In this document: positions 9,442-18,315 of the stretch, piece by piece
How positions within the stretch are numbered: position 1 is the stretch's first letter
How the letters are laid out: the number at the start of each line of letters is the position of its first letter
Assembly (NCBI GenBank): GCA_963796685.1
Contig: CAWCMR010000025.1
Location: 1,376,001 to 1,440,000 of the forward strand
Direction of reading: 5' to 3'
DNA length: 64,000 nucleotides
DNA from: an uncultured delta proteobacterium
Lineage (GTDB): Bacteria; Myxococcota_A; Polyangia; Fen-1088
The notes under the pieces: generated by a model
Database searches by the model: none
What the model was told of the DNA's origin: nothing
Seen by the model: the letters and a program-made list of their open reading frames with translations, nothing else
Program-made: the position numbers and the translations under genes

Positions 9442-10401
9442 GTGACTGGAAAGCAAGCGAAAGAGACAGCTGCGAGCGAAGACAAGGCCGACCAGGCGCG
9501 CGCGCGCCTGGCCAGCACGGGAAGGAACGATCCCTGTCCTTGCGGTTCGGGCAAGAAATACAAGAAATGCCACCTCGTCGAGGACGAAGGCGCCACGGTG
9601 GCCCCGCCGCAAGCGCCCGATCCCGACCAGATGCTCGCCTCGGGCTGGCGACTTTTCGAGCAGCGTCGGCCAGGTGCTGCCGAGAAGCAGTTCCGCGCGG
9701 CCCTTGCGTTGCGGCCGGCTTGGGCCGACGCCCTGGCCGGGATCGGGCTGGCCCGCCTGCAGACCGGCGACAACGAAGGTGCGCGCAAGGAGTTTCGCGA
9801 GGTCCAGCGCGTGTCCGAGGCCGTTGCGGCCGAATTGCGCGCGTCGGGCGCCAAGGACGCGTTCACGCGCAAGGAAGCCCAGTCCTTCGTTCGCTCGTGC
9901 CACGCGCTCGGCTGCCTTGAATTCGACGAGAAGAAATACGACGAGGCCCTCGTAGAGCTCGAGCGGGTCTATGCGGTGGACGAGGGACCCGTCGGCACCG
10001 AGGCACGCCTCATCGCCGGTATCGCGCTCATCAAGCTGGACCGCGCCGCCGAGGCGGCCACGGTGCTCGAGATCGCGACCAAGTCCGAGGCCGGCGCCGG
10101 TCGGGCCTTGATGAGCCTGGCGCTGGCGTATTTCCTGGCCGGCAACGCCCAGGCTGCCGAAGAGGCTTTGGGCAAGGCCCTGGCCGCCAACAGCAGCCTC
10201 GGCAAGGTTCTGCTCGGCCGCATCCCCAAGCACGCCGCCAACCTTAGCGCCGCGACGCCGGGCAGCCGCGAAGAAGCCTTCGGCTACGCGCAAACCTATG
10301 GCGATGCGTGGGAGGCGCCGGCCAAGAAGTTCCTGGAAGAGTACATGGACGGCAAGGCATCGCCGCACAAGGCGAGCGACGGCGAACCGGCCGCCGGCTA
10401 G
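9442..10401 (+). CDS. SEC-C motif plus TPR-repeat protein
   Basis: GRNDPCPCGSGKKYKKCH followed by helical TPR-like repeats. Confidence 0.85.
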   Translation: MTGKQAKETAASEDKADQARARLASTGRNDPCPCGSGKKYKKCHLVEDEGATVAPPQAPDPDQMLASGWRLFEQRRPGAAEKQFRAALALRPAWADALAGIGLARLQTGDNEGARKEFREVQRVSEAVAAELRASGAKDAFTRKEAQSFVRSCHALGCLEFDEKKYDEALVELERVYAVDEGPVGTEARLIAGIALIKLDRAAEAATVLEIATKSEAGAGRALMSLALAYFLAGNAQAAEEALGKALAANSSLGKVLLGRIPKHAANLSAATPGSREEAFGYAQTYGDAWEAPAKKFLEEYMDGKASPHKASDGEPAAG

Positions 10402-10431
10402 CGGAAGACCGGGCGTGGTGAGGTCACCAGG

Positions 10432-10851
10432 ATGAGCCCCAAGGAACCGGTTCCGAGCTCGGCCCGTGAGCGACGATCCTCACGTCGCAACCCGATCCAT
10501 GTTCGCGTGAATCTGTCCGACACGCAGGGAAGCTTTCTCGGTCGCAGCGTGGACGTCAGTCGCGGCGGACTGTTCGTGCTCAGCAGCGAGACGCGCAGGG
10601 TGGGAACGCTGTTGCGCATTCGCGTGCTGGGCGCGCAGGGCGAGGCGGTGTTCGCCGTCGGGGTGGTGGTCCGCTGCTTCTCCGATCTGGAGGGAAGCAC
10701 CGAGGGAAGCACCTCGCCGGCCATGGCCATCGCGTTGACCTCGACGAGCGAGGCCTGGGATCGCTTCTGGGACGACATCAACGCCAGCGACGACGGCGAG
10801 GGCGACGACGAGCCCGCGGGAGGGGCGGGCGAGGGCGGAGGTCTGCCGTGA
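10432..10851 (+). CDS. PilZ-domain protein
   Basis: ERRSSRR, DVSRGGLFV, GVVVR; acidic tail. Confidence 0.75.
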   Translation: MSPKEPVPSSARERRSSRRNPIHVRVNLSDTQGSFLGRSVDVSRGGLFVLSSETRRVGTLLRIRVLGAQGEAVFAVGVVVRCFSDLEGSTEGSTSPAMAIALTSTSEAWDRFWDDINASDDGEGDDEPAGGAGEGGGLP

Positions 10852-11279
10852 GCGGCGGCCTGGTCTTTCCCGTTTCGTCGGAGAAGCTCGCGGCGCTGCG
10901 CAGCCGCATGCTTGGGCTTGGCATTCGCGAGAAAGACTTGCAGGAGTCTTTCGTGACCTCACAAGGCAAGGGCGGCCAAAACGTGAACAAGGTCGCTACC
11001 TGCGTCGTGCTCTTCCACGCCCCGAGCGGCTTGCGCATCAAGTGCCAGCAGGAGCGCTCGCAAGGCCTCAACCGCTACATCGCGCGCAAGTTGCTCGCGG
11101 ACAAGCTCGAAGAGGCGAAGCTGGGCGCGGAGAGCCAGCGGGTGCAGGAGATCGAACGCATCCGACGGCAAAAACGCCGCCGTTCGCGGCGCGCGAAGAA
11201 CCGCATGCTCGCCGACAAGCACGCCCGCTCGACCGTGAAGAACCTGCGCGGCAAGGTCGGCCGCAGCGACGGCGAATAA
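10848..11279 (+). CDS. Stand-alone GGQ peptidyl-tRNA hydrolase (release-factor domain 3 plus basic tail)
   Basis: GKGGQNVNK, CVVLFHAPSG, CQQERSQGLNR, Arg-rich C-terminus. Confidence 0.88.
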   Translation: MSGGLVFPVSSEKLAALRSRMLGLGIREKDLQESFVTSQGKGGQNVNKVATCVVLFHAPSGLRIKCQQERSQGLNRYIARKLLADKLEEAKLGAESQRVQEIERIRRQKRRRSRRAKNRMLADKHARSTVKNLRGKVGRSDGE

Positions 11280-11285
11280 GAGCGG

Positions 11286-11393
11286 GAACGACACGGAGGA
11301 CACAGAGAAACGGAGCCCGGAAGGGAAGGGGCTCTCGGATCCTGGATCCGAACTACTTCTCCCTTTGCGTCCTCTGGGTCCTCTGTGTTGTTC
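11286..11393. repeat. CACAGAG-family palindromic intergenic element
   Basis: ACACGGAGGACACAGAG ... CTCTGGGTCCTCTGTGT inverted arms around a GGATCCTGGATCCG core, between convergent genes. Confidence 0.7.
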
Positions 11394-11396
11394 TTC

Positions 11397-11759
11397 TCAG
11401 CCGCCGTCGCGCTGCATGCGCACGGCCGCGTAGGCGGGGTGGCCGGGACAGGCGGGCGGGTTGAGCTTGCGCAGCTCGAGGCGGAAGGAGGCCGCCGGAA
11501 ACTTCATGGCCAAGGCGTCAAGCATGCGACGCCCAAGAGATTCCAGCAGGTGGTGCGTTTCCAGGGTGCCGAGCTCGACGACGATCTCGGCCACGCTTCG
11601 ATAATCGATCGTGTCGTGGAGATCGTCGCTTTTGCTCGCCTGTTCGAGCGACGCGTCGATCTCCACGTCCACCTCGAACGTACGCAGGCTCCTGCGCTCG
11701 CTTTCGGTCGCTCCATGGCGGCCCTCGAAGGTGATACTGGAAAGGATCAGCGTAGGCAT
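11397..11759 (-). CDS. folB: Dihydroneopterin aldolase
   Basis: GRHGATESER, SDDLHDTIDY, LLESL, LRK. Confidence 0.9.
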   Translation of the reverse strand: MPTLILSSITFEGRHGATESERRSLRTFEVDVEIDASLEQASKSDDLHDTIDYRSVAEIVVELGTLETHHLLESLGRRMLDALAMKFPAASFRLELRKLNPPACPGHPAYAAVRMQRDGG

Positions 11760-11781
11760 GGCGGGTCGAAGCGAAGGCGGG

Positions 11782-12315
11782 CTAGGTTGCCTCGGCTTCG
11801 TCTTCCTTCTCGTTTTCCTTACGCATCTTGCGCTTGATGATCTGACGCTTGACCGGTCCCACCATGTCGACCAGCAGCCGGCCGGTCAGGTGATCGTTCT
11901 CGTGTTGCAGGGCGCGCGCGAAGAGCCCCTCGCCCTCGACCTCGAAGCTCTTGCCATCCACGTCCTGGGCGCGCACCCGCGCCCGCTGGCCGCGCTTGAC
12001 CGGAACGAAGATGCCGGGGAAGGACAGGCAGCCCTCGTCTCCGGTCTGCTCCTCCTCGGAAATCCACACCAGCTCGGGATTGGCCAGCACCAGCGGCGGG
12101 TCGTCGTCGTTGCCTCCGGTGACCTCGGGATCGATGATGAACAGGCGCAACGCTTCGCCGATCTGGATGGCCGCCAGCCCGGCGCCCTCGGCCAGATACA
12201 TGGTGTCCTTCATGTCTGCAACCAACTGGCGCAAGGTCGCGTCGAAGGCCGTCACCGGCTTCGAAATCTGACGCAGGCGCGGGTCGGGGAAACGCAGAAT
12301 CGGACGAACTGGCAT
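11782..12315 (-). CDS. def: Peptide deformylase
   Basis: GAGLAAIQIG, EGCLS, QHENDHL; start at MPVRPIL. Confidence 0.95.
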   Translation of the reverse strand: MPVRPILRFPDPRLRQISKPVTAFDATLRQLVADMKDTMYLAEGAGLAAIQIGEALRLFIIDPEVTGGNDDDPPLVLANPELVWISEEEQTGDEGCLSFPGIFVPVKRGQRARVRAQDVDGKSFEVEGEGLFARALQHENDHLTGRLLVDMVGPVKRQIIKRKMRKENEKEDEAEAT

Positions 12316-12468
12316 GGAAACTACAGAATGACACCCGACGAGAAAGCAAGCAAGCCGGTCCGATGACTTGTCCATGAATTGGACACGTCTTGAGTCGTGG
12401 CGGTTTTCCGTGTGCGTTGACAAGCAGGGATCGGACCCGTACGTTTAGCCGCAGAAGCGGCATTCTCG

Positions 12469-13128
12469 ATGAACCTCGAGCGCTATTCCGAAGCAGATCT
12501 ACCAACGGTGCACGGGCCGTTCCGGCTCGTCGTGTATCGCGAGCCCCAGGAGAATCCCACCTGCCAAAACTCCGTGTGCGCGCGCGAGCACATGGCGGTG
12601 GTGCGTGGTCGCATTCGCGGGAAAGCCAACGTGCTCGCGCGGGTGCACTCGGAATGCTGGACCTCGGAGGTCATGGGCTCGCTCAAGTGCGATTGCCGCG
12701 AACAGTTCCATACCGCCATGGAGCGCATCGCGGCCGAGGGATCGGGCGTGGTGGTCTACCTGCGCCAGGAAGGTCGCGGAATCGGGCTCGGCAACAAGGT
12801 TCGCGCCTACGCCCTGCAAAATGGCGGTGCAGACACGGTCGAGGCGAACCTGGCCCTGGGATTCGAGGCCGATGCGCGTAACTACGACATCGCTGGCGCC
12901 ATCCTGCGCGATCTCGGGGTCGAGTCGGTGCGTCTGCTCACCAACAATCCCCTCAAGGTCAAGGGTCTGGAGGATGCGGGCGTCGTGGTCGCGGCGCGCG
13001 TCGCGCACTGGGTGGGCGAGAACCAACACAACGCCGGCTACCTCGCCGTCAAGCGGCGCAAGATGGGCCATCACGCCGACCTCGAGGTCGAGCCACCTTC
13101 GCTGCTCAAAGCCGCACGCAAGCGCTGA
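12469..13128 (+). CDS. ribA: GTP cyclohydrolase II
   Basis: RVHSEC, CDC, QEGRGIGL, LLTNNP. Confidence 0.93.
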   Translation: MNLERYSEADLPTVHGPFRLVVYREPQENPTCQNSVCAREHMAVVRGRIRGKANVLARVHSECWTSEVMGSLKCDCREQFHTAMERIAAEGSGVVVYLRQEGRGIGLGNKVRAYALQNGGADTVEANLALGFEADARNYDIAGAILRDLGVESVRLLTNNPLKVKGLEDAGVVVAARVAHWVGENQHNAGYLAVKRRKMGHHADLEVEPPSLLKAARKR

Positions 13129-13187
13129 AGTAGGCCAGCGCGCGCGGCCTTGACCGCCCCCGTCGCGCCGACTACAACCCAGACGAC

Positions 13188-14207
13188 ATGCCTGCTCAAG
13201 AACCTGCGCCGCGCGAAACCATCTTTTCCGGAATCCAGCCCTCGGGTGAGCTCCACCTCGGCAACTACCTCGGGGCCATCCGCAACTGGGTTGCCTTGCA
13301 GTCGTCCTACCGCTGCTTCTTCTGCATTGTCGACTACCACGCCATCACCCAGCCCTTCGAACCGGACGCCTTGGGCCGTCGCGTGCGCGAGATGGCGTGC
13401 GATCTCATCGCGTGCGGCATCGATCCCGAGAAATCCGCGCTGTTCGTGCAATCGGCCGTGCGCGAGCACACCGAGCTGGCGTGGGTGCTGGCCTCGGTCA
13501 CGAGCTACGGCGAGCTCGGTCGCATGACCCAGTTCAAGGACAAGGCCGAGAAGAATCCCGACAACATCAACGCGGGGTTGTTCACCTACCCCGTGTTGCA
13601 AGCTGCGGACATCTTGGTCTACCACGCGACCAAGGTTCCCGTGGGCGAGGACCAACGCCAGCATCTGGAGCTGGCGCGCGAAATCGTGCGCAAGTGGAAC
13701 GCGCGCTTCGGCGAGACCTTCCGCGAGCCCGAAGCACTTTACTCGTCCACGCCGAAGATCCTGGGCCTCGACGGCCAGGCCAAGATGTCGAAGAGCCTGG
13801 GCAACACCATCTCGCTGCGCGAGGACGACGACTCGGTTTGGAACAAGCTGCGCACCGCCGCCACCGATCCGGCACGCGTGCGGCGCACCGATGTCGGCGA
13901 TCCCGACAAGTGCAACGTCTTCACGTTGCACAAATTCTTCAGCACCGGGGAGCGCCAGGCCGAGGTTCGCCAGGGTTGCACCACGGCCGGTATCGGCTGC
14001 ATCGACTGCAAGAAATGGCTGTTCGAAGGGGTCAAGTCGGATCTCGATCGCATCCGTGCCCGGCGTGCCGAGCTTCTGGCCAAGCCTGAGGCCGTCGACG
14101 ACATCCTGGCCGAGGGAGCTCGGCGCGCGCGCGCGGTCGCTTCGCAAACCATGACCCTGGTTCGCGATCGCCTGGGCGTCGAACGTCTGCCCGGCAATCG
14201 ACCTTGA
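13188..14207 (+). CDS. trpS: Tryptophanyl-tRNA synthetase
   Basis: SGIQPSG, HLGNY, YPVLQAADIL, VPVGEDQ, KMSKS. Confidence 0.96.
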   Translation: MPAQEPAPRETIFSGIQPSGELHLGNYLGAIRNWVALQSSYRCFFCIVDYHAITQPFEPDALGRRVREMACDLIACGIDPEKSALFVQSAVREHTELAWVLASVTSYGELGRMTQFKDKAEKNPDNINAGLFTYPVLQAADILVYHATKVPVGEDQRQHLELAREIVRKWNARFGETFREPEALYSSTPKILGLDGQAKMSKSLGNTISLREDDDSVWNKLRTAATDPARVRRTDVGDPDKCNVFTLHKFFSTGERQAEVRQGCTTAGIGCIDCKKWLFEGVKSDLDRIRARRAELLAKPEAVDDILAEGARRARAVASQTMTLVRDRLGVERLPGNRP

Positions 14208-14209
14208 CC

Positions 14210-14605
14210 ATGCGCACGTGGAGCGTCCTGCTGGCGTTTCTCCTGGTTGCCTGCTCGAGCCAAGAGCGTGCCGACAATCCCGAGGGCGCTGTCCACTTGT
14301 TCATCGTGGCGGCGCGCAGCGGGGATCGCGCCTCCGTATACCAACGCCTTGGCCCGCAAACACGCGCCCGCATCGAGTCCATGCTGTCGTCGAGTCGCCA
14401 CCAGGGCGGCCGACTCATCGCCCGACCCGAGGACTTCTTCTCAGTGGGCTGGGCGCCGCCAGCCTGGGAGCCCGCGGGCATCCGCACGGTCCAGCGCGAC
14501 CGGGACCACGCCCAGGTCGAGGTCTACTCGGCCGCTGGCGACAGGCAGACGCTTTCCCTCGTACGCGAGGGAAAGGAGTGGAAGATCGAATTGCCCGGAA
14601 GCTAG
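14210..14605 (+). CDS. Hypothetical lipoprotein
   Basis: Lipobox LVAC; C-terminal LVREGKEWKI resembles NTF2-like lipoproteins. Confidence 0.7.
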   Translation: MRTWSVLLAFLLVACSSQERADNPEGAVHLFIVAARSGDRASVYQRLGPQTRARIESMLSSSRHQGGRLIARPEDFFSVGWAPPAWEPAGIRTVQRDRDHAQVEVYSAAGDRQTLSLVREGKEWKIELPGS

Positions 14606-15111
14606 CGCCTCGCCTGCTCGCGCACCAAGGTCTGTTCGACGATCTCGATGTCGGATTCCTGGATCTCGATCTCGATATCCTCGAATTCCGGCATGGTGAA
14701 TCCGGGATTGGTGTTGTCGCTGGCGCTGGCGCGCGGCGGCCCCCGGCGGTCGCCCACGCGGCGCTCGCGCGGGAAGATGCGGCGCTCTTGCCCGTCTCCT
14801 CGCCGATCTTGAGCGCGACGATCGCGCAGCAGCAACTGGCGTAGTCCGTCGATGCTGCTCGGGACCTTGGCGAGCTTGAGGGTGCGCGCGGCGCAGATGT
14901 GACAGAAGGTCAAGGAGCGACCGTGGACCTCGATGAGGCGCAGGTTATCGCGACGACGTTCTTCGCAAATGGTGCATGATGCGCCGCGTGGCACAGGCCG
15001 CATGTCGGCCCACTTCGAATAGCAGCCCCAGCAGCGGCCGCGACGAAGCTCGGTGACCATGGCACCGCATGAACCACAGGGGATGGTGGCGCGTTGGATT
15101 TCGATGCTCAT
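14602..15111 (-). CDS. Hypothetical Cys-rich (putative Zn-binding) protein
   Basis: CGSC, CWGC, CTIC, CHIC; repeated DRR/ERR motifs; acidic tail. Confidence 0.75.
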   Translation of the reverse strand: MSIEIQRATIPCGSCGAMVTELRRGRCWGCYSKWADMRPVPRGASCTICEERRRDNLRLIEVHGRSLTFCHICAARTLKLAKVPSSIDGLRQLLLRDRRAQDRRGDGQERRIFPRERRVGDRRGPPRASASDNTNPGFTMPEFEDIEIEIQESDIEIVEQTLVREQARR

Positions 15112-15274
15112 CCCATGTAGGTAACTCGACTACGTGTAAGTAGCAATTTTTCGATCTTCTTTTTTGTCAGGGAAGATGTGTCCAGAAATTGCTGATCAGG
15201 GCGCGGGTCGAACGCGTGACGACTGGTAGCGGCGAGTCCCGCCGGCCCGGGACGGAGAGGAGCCGGAATAAACG

Positions 15275-15388
15275 TCTGAGGAAGCCAGGAAGGGGGGAAG
15301 AGAACAAAGCCGGCAGCGTCGTCGGCGTTGGGAGGCAAAGACGCGCTCGATTTCCATTCCTGGCTTCCTGGCTTCCTGGCTTCCTTAG
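15275..15388. repeat. Inverted pair of GGAAGCCA/TTCCTGGC 8-mer arrays
   Basis: TCTGAGGAAGCCAGGAA at 15275 and (TTCCTGGC)3TTCCTTAG at 15357; the same left arm recurs at 35401. Confidence 0.65.
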
Positions 15389-15516
15389 CGCGTGTCTGAG
15401 AAGTGCTGCCCACGGAGAGGAATAGGGACGAGGAACCAGGTGTGCAGCCAGCAGCAACGACCACGGGAAGAATCGACCTCACTTCCAGCCCGATTTCTGG
15501 ATACCTCTTGGGTTCG

Positions 15517-16659
15517 TCAGGCACCGACCGCGACGACCTTGGGCAGGGGCATGCCGTTGAAATTCGTGCCGCTGGCGATGGTGTACGCGCCGATCTTCTC
15601 GCTGTAGAGCCGATCGCCGAGCTGCAGTCCGACGGGCAGATCCTCGGCCACCGAAACCACGTCCAGGGCGTCGCAGGTGGGACCGAAGACGGAGGCTATC
15701 TCGGTGGGGCCCTTCTTGAAGGCCTTGAAGTGGTACTGGCAGTGATCGAAGAGCACGCCGGAGAAGGTTCCGTACACGCCGTCGTTGACGTAGTAGCACT
15801 GCTTGCCGCTGCGTACGGCCTTGCCAATGATCTCGACCACCAGCGTGGCCGCGGTCGCCACCATGAAACGGCCCGGCTCGGCGATGATCTCGATGTCGGG
15901 GCCGAAAAGCCGGTCGAGCTCCGCGTTCAGGGTCTTGGCCAGCTCGGCGAAAGGCTGCACGTGGGGGTCGTAGGGCGCCGGAAAACCGCCGCCGATGTCG
16001 AGGATCTTCACCTGCTTGTGGCCGCGCTCCCAGGCCTCCTTGAAGATACCGTCGGCGATGCCAAGGGCCTGCACGTAGTTCTGGTAGTTCGTACATTGAC
16101 TGCCCACGTGGAAGGACAGCCCCTCGACGACCAGGCCGGCCTTGAAGGCGGCCTCCATCAGGTCTACCGCCTCGCCGGGCGAGGCCCCGAATTTCGACGA
16201 CAGCTCGACCATGGAGCCGGTGTTGGGCACGTTCACACGCAGAACCAGCCCCGCGTGTGGGGCGAACTTCTTGATCTTGCCCACCTCGGCCAGGTTGTCG
16301 TAGGTGACGAGTGGCTTATAGGGGTCGAGCTCGGCCAGGGTGCGATTGTCCTTCACCGGGTTGGCGTAGACGATTTTGTCCCAGATGAAATCTTGCCGCT
16401 TTTTCGGCGGCCAGTCCTCGATGTTCTGGTGCACGATGTTGAATTCCGGCATGGACGCCACGTCGAAGCTGGCTCCCGCGCGAAAGAGCGTGTTGACGAT
16501 GGCCGGATCGGGGTTGGCCTTGACCGCGTAGTAGGCCTGCACGCGCGGCAGGTACTTGCGAAACATGGCGAAGTTGCGCCGGATCTCGCCGTGGTCGACG
16601 ACGAAGAGCGGCGCGCCGTGCTGATCGGCCAGTTGCTTGAGCTGCCTGGGTGAAACCAC
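15517..16659 (-). CDS. Fold-III PLP-dependent ornithine/lysine decarboxylase
   Basis: YYAVKAN, FDVAS, SKFG, FHVGSQ, DIGGGF, EPGR, GPTCD, GAYT. Confidence 0.92.
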   Translation of the reverse strand: MVSPRQLKQLADQHGAPLFVVDHGEIRRNFAMFRKYLPRVQAYYAVKANPDPAIVNTLFRAGASFDVASMPEFNIVHQNIEDWPPKKRQDFIWDKIVYANPVKDNRTLAELDPYKPLVTYDNLAEVGKIKKFAPHAGLVLRVNVPNTGSMVELSSKFGASPGEAVDLMEAAFKAGLVVEGLSFHVGSQCTNYQNYVQALGIADGIFKEAWERGHKQVKILDIGGGFPAPYDPHVQPFAELAKTLNAELDRLFGPDIEIIAEPGRFMVATAATLVVEIIGKAVRSGKQCYYVNDGVYGTFSGVLFDHCQYHFKAFKKGPTEIASVFGPTCDALDVVSVAEDLPVGLQLGDRLYSEKIGAYTIASGTNFNGMPLPKVVAVGA

Positions 16660-16735
16660 GTGCGGACCTCCGGGAATGAAGGCCGAGAGTCTACAACAGA
16701 GTGCCGCCAGGCGCGGGTGCCGACTTCAAGTGGAA

Positions 16736-16846
16736 AGAGCACAGAGAATGCGGAGGGCACGGAAGAAGAAGGAATTCGGATACAAGATCCGGACAGAACC
16801 TTTTCCGCTCTGGCCTCTGTGCCCTCTGTGCTCTCTGCGGTGAAAA
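16736..16846. repeat. CACAGAG-family palindromic intergenic element
   Basis: GCACAGAG ... GGATACAAGATCCGGAC ... CTCTGTGCCCTCTGTGCTCTCTGCGGTGAAAA. Confidence 0.75.
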
Positions 16847-16924
16847 TCCGTCTCAAGACCCTCGTAGTTTCTTGGACGCAGGAATTCGGACGAACCCTCC
16901 CAGGGTTCCTTCATAGAGGTGGAG

Positions 16925-17608
16925 CTACTTCTTGCCCTTCTTGGCGTTTTTGGCCGCCTTGGGCGCTTTGGCGTCTTTGGACGCCTTGACCTCGTCGAGC
17001 CACGACTCCATCTTCTTGAAGCGCTTGTCGAGCTCTTTGCGCACTTCGGCCAGTGGCTTGTCGTCGCCCGCCGCAGCGGCGGCCAACGCGGCCGGGTAGT
17101 CGTTGGCGAGGAGATTGAGGGTCACGTCGTGATCCGTGCCGATGTTCGAGCTGCCGCCCGTGGGATCCATCTTGCGCAGAACCTTGGCTTGCGCCTCGAT
17201 GGCCTTGCGCTGCTTGTCCGCGATCTTTTCCATTTGCGCGGCCGCATCGGGCTTGCCCTTCAGGCTCTGGGCCGCGTCGTCGAGTACCTTGCGCGTCTTC
17301 TTTTCGAACGCGAGCAAGGCCAGGTGGGTGGCCATCTTGCTCTTGTCGAACTTGCGCAAACGGGCCTCTTCCTCGGAGGCAAGCTCCTTGGCCAGCTTTT
17401 CGTCGGCCTCCTTCTTGGCTTTCCAGATGGCGTATTTCTCCATCATGCCAAGGTGCGCGTCGGCGGCACCCGCATCGACGGGCTTGGCGGCTTCGGCCGC
17501 CGGCGCGGGCTTGGCGGGTGGCGGCGTGGGCTTGGCCGGCTCTTGGCTGGTGCAGCCAGCGGCGCTAACGACGAATGCGAGTCCGAAAAAGGTGACGATT
17601 CGCTTCAT
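16925..17608 (-). CDS. Hypothetical helical lipoprotein
   Basis: MKRIV... lipobox AAGC, Pro/Ala linker, Lys/Ala-rich helices. Confidence 0.75.
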   Translation of the reverse strand: MKRIVTFFGLAFVVSAAGCTSQEPAKPTPPPAKPAPAAEAAKPVDAGAADAHLGMMEKYAIWKAKKEADEKLAKELASEEEARLRKFDKSKMATHLALLAFEKKTRKVLDDAAQSLKGKPDAAAQMEKIADKQRKAIEAQAKVLRKMDPTGGSSNIGTDHDVTLNLLANDYPAALAAAAAGDDKPLAEVRKELDKRFKKMESWLDEVKASKDAKAPKAAKNAKKGKK

Positions 17609-17745
17609 GGGTCTACCTATACAACGGAATACCGCATGCGATGAGCGCGAAACCTCGAAAGTTATTGGCATTAACGGTTGTATTTAAACTTACGTCATAT
17701 TAGTATCAATCTGTTGTACCGCATCGGAAGTACTCGATATGTTGT

Positions 17746-18183
17746 GTGCCAATCAAACGCGTGACACCCAGCCGCGAGGTGAGCGGCGCTCGACTAGGGG
17801 GTAGCGTGTCGGCAAAGGTGAAAGGCGCCAATGGGAACCACGAAGGATCCGTGGCAACCCCGCGAGCGGACCCCGTCCCGAAATCGAATGAGGAGTTGGC
17901 CGTCGAGCTCGTCGATGTGGCTGCGGCGCTCGCGGAAGACGACGACGCCTTCAGCGAAATTCCGACGGTCGCCAATCGTGCCAACCCGACGACACAGGCA
18001 AGCGAACCGGCAAGCGAAAACGACCAGGCGAATGGCCAGGGCTTGACCGGGGCGGGTGCCTACCGCATGGTCCGGCCCGCCACCTCCGACCGCATCGATG
18101 TTCCGGCGCCTGCCACCCACGAGCGGCCAGCTACCGATCGCGCGATCAACCGCGTGATCATCGGCGTGGCTCGCAAGTCCTAG
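17746..18183 (+). CDS. Hypothetical protein
   Basis: ORF fills the gap after an AT-rich promoter region; start uncertain. Confidence 0.55.
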   Translation: MPIKRVTPSREVSGARLGGSVSAKVKGANGNHEGSVATPRADPVPKSNEELAVELVDVAAALAEDDDAFSEIPTVANRANPTTQASEPASENDQANGQGLTGAGAYRMVRPATSDRIDVPAPATHERPATDRAINRVIIGVARKS

Positions 18184-18315
18184 CCGCATCGCCAGCGCAA
18201 ATCGCCTCCGTCAAGTGGCGATGATCCGTGGTTGAACTCGTACGGCCGAGTCCTCTACTATGCCATTCGGCCAGGACGCTCCGCGATTTCCGACGGGGGT
18301 CCTTCATGCCAAAGG

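Noticed and set aside
17660-17745. AT-rich stretch as an sRNA or sigma54 promoter
   Set aside because: Consistent with an ordinary divergent promoter region; GG/GC spacing does not fit and no stable structure is evident
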